Shown piece after piece: positions 1 to 8,072 of a DNA stretch of 52,665 nucleotides (within the stretch, counting starts at the first letter, position 1; the number at the start of each line of letters is the position of its first letter). Below the pieces are notes generated by a model that did no database searches, was not told the origin of the DNA, and saw nothing but the letters and a program-made list of their open reading frames with translations. The stretch comes from a virus (taxonomy: Duplodnaviria > Heunggongvirae > Uroviricota > Caudoviricetes). The DNA is taken from IMG/VR virus record IMGVR_UViG_3300036856_000037. One strand, given 5' to 3'. A program made the translations under genes and the position numbers.

Positions 1-238
1 TGACCGGGTCATCGTCACGCGCTATCCCTTTCGTCAAGACCAGCATCATGATCTGACCGGCTACTACGGTCATGTGACTGAGGTGAACATCAACCCCAAT
101 CCGTATGGCGACCATTGGATATGGGTCCAGGTAGAAGGCCGGATAGAGGGCAGTCGAGCTAGGACCGGCTACGACGACGAATATCCTTTTCCGTTTCTTG
201 AACGAGAGCTGGACCATGCCGACTGACGGAGGTGGGCG

Positions 239-418
239 ATGGCCGCGTGGACCAAAGAGATGAAGTTGGACGCCTTGATGGAAATTCTCGAGGAGCACCG
301 ACCGTATGGCCGCAGATGCACCTGCTTGGAAGGCGACGACTACTGGCCACACCTACGGCAAGAGATCGACAACGAAGGCCTCCTGGACGACGATCCGGGC
401 GCAGTGAGAGGGCAGTAG
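239..418 (+). CDS. hypothetical protein (59 aa, MAAWTKEMKL...)
   Basis: GGAGG RBS, ATG at 239, abuts next gene; preferred over the 232..423 frame. Confidence 0.6.
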   Translation: MAAWTKEMKLDALMEILEEHRPYGRRCTCLEGDDYWPHLRQEIDNEGLLDDDPGAVRGQ

Positions 419-419
419 C

Positions 420-698
420 ATGATGCTGGAAATCAGAGGCACGGACATGGTCGGCGTCCAACCGGAGGACATCCGCTCTCACGGCTGGCGCATTTACCGC
501 AAGACGCACTACACGGCGTGGCCAGGGCGGCAGGTCTGCGACTGGGCGGTGGATGAAGGAGTGGAAGAAGTCATCGCCTACCACCGGGCCAACGACGACT
601 TCGACCGCATTGAGGAATGCAACCCAGGGCACATCCCGCAAGACTTCCCCCACGGCTACCCGCCGGTCAATGGGCTGACGTGGGCACCGGACCGATGA
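420..698 (+). CDS. hypothetical protein
   Basis: ORF coupled to neighbours; no recognised domain. Confidence 0.6.
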   Translation: MMLEIRGTDMVGVQPEDIRSHGWRIYRKTHYTAWPGRQVCDWAVDEGVEEVIAYHRANDDFDRIEECNPGHIPQDFPHGYPPVNGLTWAPDR

Positions 699-940
699 CG
701 ACACTGAAGAGCGGCTGGACATGGCTGACGCTGGGGCTGGTCGTCAACCTGGCGCAGTGGTTCATGGTCAGCAGGATTGAGACCAGTCCACAGCGGATGA
801 ACTGCCTGTCACCGCCCGCTGTGTTGTATTGCGAGTTCTCCCAACAGCCCGCCATGGCATGGGTCTATGCGCTGATGTGGTCGTTTGCGCCGCTGGTGGC
901 GTGCACCGGCATAGCCGTGTGGAGGTTCACTCGCGCATGA
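695..940 (+). CDS. small membrane protein (2 TM)
   Basis: ATGA overlap at 695; two hydrophobic segments. Confidence 0.6.
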   Translation: MTTLKSGWTWLTLGLVVNLAQWFMVSRIETSPQRMNCLSPPAVLYCEFSQQPAMAWVYALMWSFAPLVACTGIAVWRFTRA

Positions 941-1146
941 GAGAGCCCAGACTGATCAAGTCGCGCGTCCACGGTGACCTCATCAAATACTTCATGGTCA
1001 AGCTGGACGACGGCTGGTACTTCGCCAAAGTGACGCCCGAGGGGTACTACTGCAAGCCCAAGGACGGCTGGCGGGTGTGGTGGTGGAAGGCGGTGTGCAC
1101 GCTATATGGCATCCACTGGGGTTTTGAGTACATGGCGAGGCACTGA
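937..1146 (+). CDS. hypothetical protein
   Basis: ATGA overlap at 937. Confidence 0.6.
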   Translation: MREPRLIKSRVHGDLIKYFMVKLDDGWYFAKVTPEGYYCKPKDGWRVWWWKAVCTLYGIHWGFEYMARH

Positions 1147-1340
1147 TGGGTAAGGTGTCGACGAACGTGGCAAAACGGCCACCGTGCGATATGTGCCTAA
1201 GGCCCGCCTATGCCGACGCGCGACTGAAGAAGGGACCCGAAGCCGGGCGTTGGGCCTACGTCTGCCGTGAGCATTTCGATGAGTACGGCTGTGAAGTCGG
1301 TACGGGTCACGGCCAGGTATTGAAGGTGGTGTCGCGATGA
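1146..1340 (+). CDS. small Cys/His (Zn-binding-like) protein
   Basis: CDMC...CREH motif; TGATG coupling. Confidence 0.6.
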   Translation: MGKVSTNVAKRPPCDMCLRPAYADARLKKGPEAGRWAYVCREHFDEYGCEVGTGHGQVLKVVSR

Positions 1341-1570
1341 CGACTCAAGCATTTCACGTCATCTTGCTGTTGGCTTGCGCTCTCCTGTGTGTGACCATCG
1401 CGCTGGTGGCACTGACCTACCTCATGTGGTTGACCAGACGAGACCTGTATGCCTTGCGGGCATTTGTATTGCGCGACCTGGGTCAGGAGTACCTCAACCG
1501 TGTCACTGCACCCCGCGTGTTGACGCCAGAGGAGCAAGACGCCATCACAGAGATACTAGGGCACACATGA
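1337..1570 (+). CDS. small membrane protein
   Basis: N-terminal hydrophobic helix; ATGA overlap. Confidence 0.6.
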   Translation: MTTQAFHVILLLACALLCVTIALVALTYLMWLTRRDLYALRAFVLRDLGQEYLNRVTAPRVLTPEEQDAITEILGHT

Positions 1571-1773
1571 CGACGAGCGACCTCAAACAGGTCAAGCATG
1601 AATTTGTACCCGTAGAGAGCCAGCCAGTGGGGCCGAGTGGCTTATCCAAAGATGCGCCGTGTCAGGTCTGCGCAGGTGAGAGATATTCGTGGCCACACTT
1701 GGCCAGGGAGATCACTAATCCAGAAGCGTTTCACGGCAAGGACTACGACGACAGGATGAGTGAGAACTATTAA
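1567..1773 (+). CDS. hypothetical protein
   Basis: ATGA overlap at 1567. Confidence 0.5.
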   Translation: MTTSDLKQVKHEFVPVESQPVGPSGLSKDAPCQVCAGERYSWPHLAREITNPEAFHGKDYDDRMSENY

Positions 1774-1875
1774 GAAGCGCTCGCGGGTCAGGCGGTTCGG
1801 CGACTGGTGCGAACTGGTGGGTGAGGCCATCGGCTGTGGCATCGCCGCCATCCTGAAGACCCTGCTGGAGGGCTG

Positions 1876-2478
1876 GTGAAGAAGCCGCTAGTGGTGATGG
1901 CCGTCGCGGTGCTGGTCGCCAGTCCGGCCCACGCGCAGACTGACCCACTCGCCGGCATTCCAGTCCAGGCCCGTGAGCGTCACGGCGGCTACCACCGCGA
2001 GCTGTTCGGACAAGGCTGGCCAGAAGACGGCCATGGGTGCGATGTCCGTGACGACATCTTGCGGCGTGACATGTCGGTGACCTCAACCGAAAACGCGCCC
2101 AAATGCGCCCTGGCGGTGAGGAACGGTACCCTGGTCGACCCGTACACCGGCGCGTCAATTCCCTTTACACGCGGCCCTGGGACCAGTAAAGACGTACAGA
2201 TTGACCATGTCGTCCCGCTGGCCTACGCCTGGGACATGGGCGCCTACCAGTGGCCGGAGTCCCAGCGCGCGACGTTCTACACCGACCCGCAGGAACTACT
2301 CGCCGTCAGCGGTGAGGCCAACGACGCCAAGGGTGACAAGCCCCCGGGTCAGTGGTTGCCTCCCAATCAGGCGTACCAGTGCACCTATGTCCAGAAGTTC
2401 GATACTGTCCTGCGTGATTACCACCTGGCCATTGACCCGGCATCAGCCCGGGTGGTCCAGCAGTTGGGCTGCCCATGA
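1876..2478 (+). CDS. secreted HNH endonuclease family protein (DUF1524-like)
   Basis: signal peptide ending AHA; DPYTG, IDHVVPLAYAW, LLAVSGEANDAKGD motifs. Confidence 0.85.
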   Translation: MKKPLVVMAVAVLVASPAHAQTDPLAGIPVQARERHGGYHRELFGQGWPEDGHGCDVRDDILRRDMSVTSTENAPKCALAVRNGTLVDPYTGASIPFTRGPGTSKDVQIDHVVPLAYAWDMGAYQWPESQRATFYTDPQELLAVSGEANDAKGDKPPGQWLPPNQAYQCTYVQKFDTVLRDYHLAIDPASARVVQQLGCP

Positions 2479-2847
2479 CTTCCCCGGCGCCAAAACCTCC
2501 GCACGTCGATGCCTATACCGCTAGCAATGACGGTTGCGGCGTGCGGACCTACTCCCCGGCGCCAAGAGGCAGCACGGCCGCAAGGGACATCCCGGCGCCG
2601 GGACTACTTCCGTACGTCAAACCCACTCACGTCTGCAAGGCAGACCCCGGCGTGCGGTCTTACTTCCCGGTGGCCAAGAACCATCCTGGCGGCAAGACCT
2701 GCCCCGGCCATCGCGGACCCCGGCGACAAGGAAACCGACACCAGCAAGAGCTAACTCGTCGCCGGGGCCAAGCTTCTCCACACGTCAATCGTGGAGCCGT
2801 CCGCATGAGCGCAAGCGGCGTGTGGAGATTTAACAGAGAGGAAGAGG

Positions 2848-3276
2848 ATGGGACTGGACACAACGCACGACGCCTGGCATGGGGCCTACAGCGCATTCAG
2901 CCGGTGGCGCGACAAGTTAGCTGAAGCGGCGGGCTACGACACCGTCAAGCTGAGTCTGGAGGAGATGGGCAGGACGATGGTGTGCATCGACTGGGGTCCG
3001 TGGCCCAAGTCTGCATACTACGACCCGCCCTATATCCCGTGTCGCCTAGATGGCACCCCAGACCCGTTGTTGCTGTTGATCATGCACTCCGACTGTGAGG
3101 GCAAGATCCGGCATGAATTCCTCGCGCCGCTGGCCGACCGGTTGGAAGAACTCATCCCGCGGATCGACAATGAGGATGGGCATGGTCACATCGGCAACTA
3201 CGGCGACAAGACTCGGACGTTCGTCGCGGGTTTGCGCCGCGCTATTGAAGCCGGCGAAGAGTTGGGCTTCCACTGA
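2848..3276 (+). CDS. conserved phage hypothetical protein
   Basis: GAGG RBS; 142 aa with HSDCEG motif. Confidence 0.7.
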   Translation: MGLDTTHDAWHGAYSAFSRWRDKLAEAAGYDTVKLSLEEMGRTMVCIDWGPWPKSAYYDPPYIPCRLDGTPDPLLLLIMHSDCEGKIRHEFLAPLADRLEELIPRIDNEDGHGHIGNYGDKTRTFVAGLRRAIEAGEELGFH

Positions 3277-3439
3277 TGCTCCCCGGCGACAAGCTACCCG
3301 TTGCCCGCAACAACGCCTACGTCGCCGGGGTACAACCACCCCACCCCACCGCTAAAAGTCGCTTAGGGCTACATACAGCCAGAGTTTTTTATGCCTACAA
3401 GCTGGCAAACCGGCCAGTTGTCACCGATTGGAGGAAATA

Positions 3440-3844
3440 ATGGGAGACCGCGCCAACATCTACCTACTCGACACTGAAGACGGGTCGGCAGGGATGTTTG
3501 TGTACACGCACTGGAAGGGGGATTCCTGGCCGCGCGAGCTACAGCAGGCTTTGGACCTCGGCGAGGCTCGATGGGGTGACCCGCAGTACCTGGCGCGCTT
3601 CATCGTCACCCATGTCTTCAAGGACCTCGACGGCCTGACAGGCGGCGGACTCTCCACCCAGATAGGGGACAACGAATACCCCATCCTGTGCGTCGATCTC
3701 CTCAACGACAAGGTCGGGCTGTGTGACCCACACATCGACCCTGGCAACCGAGATAACTGGACCTGCGTCATGTCATTCGCTCACTACGTCGCCATTGATG
3801 ATGTCGACTGGGAAGACTTCGCCACGCATCAGATTGAGGCCTGA
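3440..3844 (+). CDS. hypothetical protein
   Basis: GGAGG RBS before ATG 3440; MGDRANI...YTHW. Confidence 0.7.
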   Translation: MGDRANIYLLDTEDGSAGMFVYTHWKGDSWPRELQQALDLGEARWGDPQYLARFIVTHVFKDLDGLTGGGLSTQIGDNEYPILCVDLLNDKVGLCDPHIDPGNRDNWTCVMSFAHYVAIDDVDWEDFATHQIEA

Positions 3845-4023
3845 TGACCTTCTATAATCTGCCGGATACCGACGTCAAGATCGAGTATGTGCGAGGCACC
3901 AAAAAGGACGGCAGTCCTGATGTACTGCGGATTCACCACCTACCGCAGGGATACGTCTGCGGAGAAGCCACCGGCAACGACGGCAATGAGGTCGTCGTCA
4001 CCTGGGGCGGACGCCATGCGTGA
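3844..4023 (+). CDS. hypothetical protein (59 aa)
   Basis: TGATG coupling; fills gap exactly. Confidence 0.55.
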   Translation: MTFYNLPDTDVKIEYVRGTKKDGSPDVLRIHHLPQGYVCGEATGNDGNEVVVTWGGRHA

Positions 4024-4210
4024 ACCCATTGAGGTGGACTGCACCCGCTGTGGTGCGAGCCCAAAGCAGCCCTGCGTCAGCCGCTACGGCAACACGTTGA
4101 GCTACTTCCACGCCCCGCGCAAGGCGGACGCAGAGGGTGAGCTGGCTGAACTCATTGACCTCCAAGAGGTCAGACGCCGGATTGAGATGCGACGCGCGGA
4201 GGGACAGTAG
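4016..4210 (+). CDS. zinc finger-like protein
   Basis: CTRC...PC...H pattern. Confidence 0.6.
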   Translation: MREPIEVDCTRCGASPKQPCVSRYGNTLSYFHAPRKADAEGELAELIDLQEVRRRIEMRRAEGQ

Positions 4211-4437
4211 TGGACGGGGATTCAATCTATGCCTGGCAGGTCCAGGAGCCTGATGGCAAGTGGTCGATAGTAGCGGCGTCCGTGCCGTCACTCGGCAATG
4301 AGACGTGGCCGCTTATTCACCGCGACATGGCGTTCGTCAAGCACCGGCTTAAGCCGCTGGCAGAGCAACACGCCCAGCTAACGGGCCAGCCCCTACGTCT
4401 TGCTCGCTTCAACCTTGTGGAGGTACTTGATGGGTAA
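4210..4437 (+). CDS. hypothetical protein
   Basis: TAGTG coupling. Confidence 0.6.
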   Translation: MDGDSIYAWQVQEPDGKWSIVAASVPSLGNETWPLIHRDMAFVKHRLKPLAEQHAQLTGQPLRLARFNLVEVLDG

Positions 4438-4720
4438 GCCCTGGCGGGTGGCCGTCGACCAGCACGGCTTCCAGCGCGAGACCATGAAGCACGACGGCAG
4501 CACTCCCATCGAGCTCACGTACTACTCCGGCTTCCAAGACGTCTTTGCCGACATTGAGGACGTTCAGGTGGGGGATGCGGCCACCGTCATGTACCTGGAG
4601 TCGGACAGAATCGCTGATGGGGTGGTCAGCGCAATCAAGCCCGACGACGAGAGTCGCCCCTGGCTGGGCGGCCTTATCTACATCACCACTGACTTAAGGA
4701 CGGCACGCGACGATGGATGA
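4430..4720 (+). CDS. hypothetical protein
   Basis: GGAGG RBS, overlap-coupled. Confidence 0.6.
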   Translation: MGKPWRVAVDQHGFQRETMKHDGSTPIELTYYSGFQDVFADIEDVQVGDAATVMYLESDRIADGVVSAIKPDDESRPWLGGLIYITTDLRTARDDG

Positions 4721-5159
4721 GATTGCCAGCTTCCGACATGACCACGCCTACCTGAGCAACTTCTTCCAGGTGCCGATAGTGGACCACGACATCATCTATC
4801 CGTCGTCGGAGCACATGTACCAGGCGCTCAAGACCACCGACGTGGACACCCGGCGCAAGATCGCCGCCGCTGAGACAGCATCAGCGGCCAAGGCGCTGGG
4901 GCAGAAGGTCGCACTTCGGCCGCACTGGGACCGCCTCAAGTACATGCTGATGGAGGACGTCCTGCGGATGAAGTTTGACCAGCACCCCACACTGGCGGTG
5001 AAGCTGGCCGCGACCGGCACAGACTACCTGGTGGAGGGAAATACCTGGCATGACCAAATCTGGGGGGATTGCCTGTGCCCCCAGCACGGTGGGACCCGAG
5101 GCCGTAACGCGCTGGGCATCATCTTGATGCGCATCCGGCTGGACCTGCAGGAGAGGTGA
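4713..5159 (+). CDS. NADAR family (YbiA-like) ADP-ribosylglycohydrolase
   Basis: LSNFF, SSEHMYQALK, M..VLRMKF.QH, LVEGNTWHDQIWG, RNALG motifs. Confidence 0.9.
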   Translation: MDEIASFRHDHAYLSNFFQVPIVDHDIIYPSSEHMYQALKTTDVDTRRKIAAAETASAAKALGQKVALRPHWDRLKYMLMEDVLRMKFDQHPTLAVKLAATGTDYLVEGNTWHDQIWGDCLCPQHGGTRGRNALGIILMRIRLDLQER

Positions 5160-5305
5160 TGAGAAGGAAGCGGTACCGTAAGTGGTTCTGGCGTTGCCCC
5201 AAGTGTCACGGCTGGCGGCATCGGGCCAGCTACCTCGGCTACGACAACACGATGTCGATTACCTGCAACAACTGCAACTTCAACGAGTACCGGAGGCCCG
5301 CGTGA
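5159..5305 (+). CDS. small Zn-ribbon protein (48 aa)
   Basis: CPKC and CNNC; TGATG coupling. Confidence 0.55.
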   Translation: MRRKRYRKWFWRCPKCHGWRHRASYLGYDNTMSITCNNCNFNEYRRPA

Positions 5306-5481
5306 GCAAAGGTTCCAATACCCCCGGCAAGACGCCGTATCAGGCGGCCCGCGCCATCGCGGCAAAGGATCGCCAGGAGCGTCGTGACCAGCGTCCCGTT
5401 GAGGAGCAACTGGGCCTGCTTAGCGAGCGACCAGGCAAGTCCGAACGTGAGCGCAAGCGTCTCGAGAAGTTGCTCGACTAG
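5302..5481 (+). CDS. small basic hypothetical protein
   Basis: GGAGG RBS, GTGA overlap. Confidence 0.55.
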   Translation: MSKGSNTPGKTPYQAARAIAAKDRQERRDQRPVEEQLGLLSERPGKSERERKRLEKLLD

Positions 5482-5556
5482 TGCGCCCGGTGGGATTCGA
5501 ACCCACACCTGGAGGGGGTTTAAGCCCCTTGCCTGCTGCCGTTGGGCTACGAGCGC
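5482..5556 (-). tRNA. tRNA-Leu(TAA), short variable loop
   Basis: cloverleaf; anticodon arm AGGGG-CTTAAAC-CCCCT; TTCGAAT T-loop. Confidence 0.9.
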
Positions 5557-5901
5557 TTATTCCTCAATCCAGTAACCGCCGCGCCGTACCTCAGTCTTGA
5601 GGTTACGTCGGCCGAGTGCCATCTCCCTCTGGTTCAACTCAGCGATGGCTAACTGCTCCTCTCCCAGCTGTCGGCGCAGTCAAACCTTGAAGGTGTTGCT
5701 CTCTGCCATCCGGCGAAACGCCGTCACCTTGTTCTGCAACTGACTGCGCTGCTCTTGGCTCTCGCCTACTGCACCCGAGGCTCGGTGCACGATACGCACG
5801 GCAGTGTCCCGCTTATTACGGTTCTGGCCGCCTTTGCCACTGCCCCGCTTGGTCTGCACATTGCAGTCCTTGAGCGTGACCGACAGAACTTTCTCTTTCA
5901 T
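5557..5901 (-). CDS. GGQ peptide-chain release factor-like (ArfB/RF-1 domain) protein with an in-frame TGA at codon 74
   Basis: GSGKGGQNRNKRDTAVRIVH motif; frame stays open for 40 codons past TGA (5680-5682) to TAA at 5557. Confidence 0.85.
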
Positions 5902-6119
5902 CGCATCCTCTCAATAGATGGCAGGCTGTTGCGGTTGAGTCGCTGGTGTTCCTTGAGGAAGTCCTCAGGGACATCATGGGAGAAGACCTCTGCCACGTTC
6001 CACCACTCACGCGACGGTAAGAGCTCGACACTGACGCCAACCTTGGCGCCCCGCGCTTCAATCCAGCCGGTGGTCTCCGCGTTGTCCCGACGTAATCGGC
6101 ACTGAAAATATTGCTTCAT
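5898..6119 (-). CDS. hypothetical protein (73 aa, two TTA codons)
   Basis: ATG just after tRNA-Leu(CAA); ATGA overlap with RF gene. Confidence 0.7.
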   Translation of the reverse strand: MKQYFQCRLRRDNAETTGWIEARGAKVGVSVELLPSREWWNVAEVFSHDVPEDFLKEHQRLNRNSLPSIERMR

Positions 6120-6120
6120 G

Positions 6121-6201
6121 TGCCCGAGGTGAGATTCGAACTCACACGTCCGAGGACACCGCAGTTTGAATGCGGCGCGTCTTCCGTTCCGCCACACGGG
6201 C
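6121..6201 (-). tRNA. tRNA-Leu(CAA), long variable arm
   Basis: CCGCA-TTCAAAC-TGCGG anticodon arm. Confidence 0.92.
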
Positions 6202-6212
6202 TGGTGCCGTGA

Positions 6213-6279
6213 TGCCCGAGCGGGACTCAAACCCGCAACCGCCCGCGTCCAGGCCGCTCTATCAATTGGCGTACCGGGC
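6213..6279 (-). ncRNA. tRNA-like RNA with a 4-nt loop in place of the anticodon loop
   Basis: 6-bp acceptor, D-like arm, GCCTG-GACG-CGGGC, T arm GCGGG-TTTGAGT-CCCGC, A73. Confidence 0.6.
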
Positions 6280-6288
6280 ATCACTGCG

Positions 6289-6362
6289 TGCTCCCCGTGA
6301 GACTCGAACTCACACTGAATGGCCCCTCAGACCATTGCCTCTGCCGATTGGGCTAGAGGAGC
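6289..6362 (-). tRNA. tRNA-Leu(GAG), short variable loop
   Basis: ATGGT-CTGAGGG-GCCAT anticodon arm. Confidence 0.9.
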
Positions 6363-6363
6363 A

Positions 6364-6426
6364 TGCCCAGCGCGGGACTTCAACCCGCCTCCCACTCCCA
6401 CATAAACGCAACGTCTAATAGTGGGC
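6364..6426 (-). pseudogene. tRNA remnant/minihelix (acceptor + T arm only)
   Basis: GCCCA.../TGGGC-A acceptor; GCGGG-TTGAAGT-CCCGC T arm; no D or anticodon arm. Confidence 0.45.
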
Positions 6427-6446
6427 GGCTCTACACCACCAGGGCG

Positions 6447-6530
6447 TACCCGAGGTGAGATTCGAACTCACACGTCCGAAGACACTGGTCCCTGAAGCCA
6501 GCGCGTCTGCCGAAATTCCGCCACACGGGC
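6447..6530 (-). tRNA. tRNA-Leu(CAG)
   Basis: CTGGC-TTCAGGG-ACCAG; long variable arm. Confidence 0.92.
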
Positions 6531-6545
6531 ATTGTTAAGTTGTTT

Positions 6546-6637
6546 TGGTGGAGGGCGGAGGTCATGCTCCCCAAGCTCCATTACGGCTTCCCGGGTTTCG
6601 AATCCGGTCGCAGGACTATCCCGCTGCTTCACCCTCC
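6546..6637 (-). tRNA. tRNA-Ser(CGA), aberrant T-loop
   Basis: GGAGGGT/GCCCTCC-ACCA; CCGGA-TTCGAAA-CCCGG; long V arm; T-loop AGCATGA. Confidence 0.75.
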
Positions 6638-6638
6638 G

Positions 6639-6725
6639 CGGAGGGCTGAGGAATTGAACCCCAAGCAGATTAGGCTCGTACGCGGTTAGCAACCGGACTC
6701 CAGCGACCAGCCGGAATAGCCCTCC
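6639..6725 (-). tRNA. tRNA-Ser(GCT)
   Basis: GGAGGGC/GCCCTCC-G; loop TTGCTAA; long V arm. Confidence 0.85.
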
Positions 6726-6729
6726 AAGA

Positions 6730-6801
6730 CTAGGAAAGTCGGAGAGACGAACTTGATCGCAGGAGCATCTGCAATCGTAATAGTCGCTGGTCAGCACGCA
6801 T
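6730..6801 (-). CDS. leaderless leader peptide of the Ser/Leu tRNA operon (MRADQRLLRLQMLLRSSSSLRLS)
   Basis: ATG 7 nt after TATAGT; contains all six Leu codons and five Ser codons. Confidence 0.75.
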   Translation of the reverse strand: MRADQRLLRLQMLLRSSSSLRLS

Positions 6802-6808
6802 GACAAGT

Positions 6809-6836
6809 ACTATAGCGCAACCCGTCGCGACTTCAA
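6809..6836 (-). promoter_or_regulatory. SigA-type promoter of the Ser/Leu tRNA operon
   Basis: TTGAAG-N16-TATAGT. Confidence 0.65.
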
Positions 6837-6918
6837 CACCCCAAAGTTACAGTCATCGACATCCGTATTTCGGGCTGTCATGACGGAGTATGGCGGTGCG
6901 TAACAGTACGCTCTGGGC

Positions 6919-7914
6919 ATGGACAACCTCGACCTTGTGTACCGCCGCATCACTGCGCGCCCATCTCGCCGTACACCGCCTTCCTTCCCCTTCCCTGATG
7001 GGACTGCACCGCGTGTCATCTCCACCCGGCTGGACGAAAACTCCGAACTGCCGGAAGCCGATGCGCTGGTGGTGACCTACACCGAGGCAGAGGGTGAGGC
7101 GCTGGCCGACATCCTGACACCCGGGACGCCGTTGCAGAACTGGACGGACTACAAGAACGGCTGGTCCATCATTCACCAGCTCATCGAAGGTGGCCGCGCC
7201 CCCTCTCTCTTCAGTAAGTGCGCCGGCCAGTGGGCACTCATCAGCATCGGTGACACCAAGGTGGTGGTGATGAAGTCCAACATGCACCCGGCGACGGACG
7301 GCCCCAAGCTCCCCATCGCGACAGCGTGGAAGCGCTGGATCAGTCAGGCCAAGCCCAAGCTCGTCATCTCCACCGGTACGGCGGGCGCGGTGCAGACCAC
7401 TACCCAGCTGGGCGACGTCATCGTGTCCAAGAACGTCAGCTGGGATTGTCGCAGGCAGTTTAAGAACGCCAGCTTCGCCGGCCAGAAGTACACCTCAGCA
7501 CTCCAGTTCGACAGCACGGGTATTGAGCGCGCGCTACCGCTGTTGAGTCAGACCACCCAACCGCTCCCTGGGCTCACACGGGCTCCGTCTCTGTGGCTGG
7601 ACAGCTCGGACCAACCGGCGCATGTCATCACCACTGACTTCTTCGCATTCGATGATGAGGAGAACAGCTACGGCCTACGGTCATTCGACCCGCAGGCGCG
7701 CGCGGTGGAGATGGACGACGCCGCGATGGCGATGGTGATGAGTGAGGTACAGATCCCGTGGCTCATTATCCGCAACGCCAGTGACCCGTGCATGCCGAAG
7801 GAAGCCACTGTCGAGCAGGAAGCCAAGGACGCCAGTCACATCTACGAGAAGTGGGGCCAGGTCACGTCCTGGGGTTCGGCACTCACCTGCTGGGCGGCAC
7901 TGGCCAAGAGTTAG
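6919..7914 (+). CDS. nucleoside phosphorylase / MTA-SAH nucleosidase superfamily protein (PNP_UDP_1)
   Basis: LVISTGTAGAV, LGDVIVS, VITTDFF, AVEMDDAAMA, IIRNASD; leaderless (TACGCT-N6-ATG). Confidence 0.85.
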   Translation: MDNLDLVYRRITARPSRRTPPSFPFPDGTAPRVISTRLDENSELPEADALVVTYTEAEGEALADILTPGTPLQNWTDYKNGWSIIHQLIEGGRAPSLFSKCAGQWALISIGDTKVVVMKSNMHPATDGPKLPIATAWKRWISQAKPKLVISTGTAGAVQTTTQLGDVIVSKNVSWDCRRQFKNASFAGQKYTSALQFDSTGIERALPLLSQTTQPLPGLTRAPSLWLDSSDQPAHVITTDFFAFDDEENSYGLRSFDPQARAVEMDDAAMAMVMSEVQIPWLIIRNASDPCMPKEATVEQEAKDASHIYEKWGQVTSWGSALTCWAALAKS

Positions 7915-7915
7915 G

Positions 7916-8071
7916 TCAAGCTGTCAGCTCACCCGCTGTGGCTTTACCTGACCTGATCCAGCCATGCCGACAGCCCACCCACGGGCAGTCAATTCCGTTG
8001 TCGAACCACATAACATAGCGGCCATCTTCAATTGAGTCATCGTCAATCCGGTGTCGCCCGGCGTTGTCCAT
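7916..8071 (-). CDS. hypothetical protein
   Basis: AGGAG RBS before ATG 8071. Confidence 0.55.
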   Translation of the reverse strand: MDNAGRHRIDDDSIEDGRYVMWFDNGIDCPWVGCRHGWIRSGKATAGELTA

Positions 8072-8072
8072 C

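Noticed and set aside
2475-2847. Overlapping ORFs 2475..2924, 2509..2754 and 2534..2833
   Set aside because: Could not choose a frame; none has a recognisable motif.
5640-5682. Selenocysteine/SECIS explanation for the RF UGA
   Set aside because: Only a weak 5-bp hairpin follows, there is no tRNA-Sec or selB in the window, and the position looks like Trp rather than Cys.
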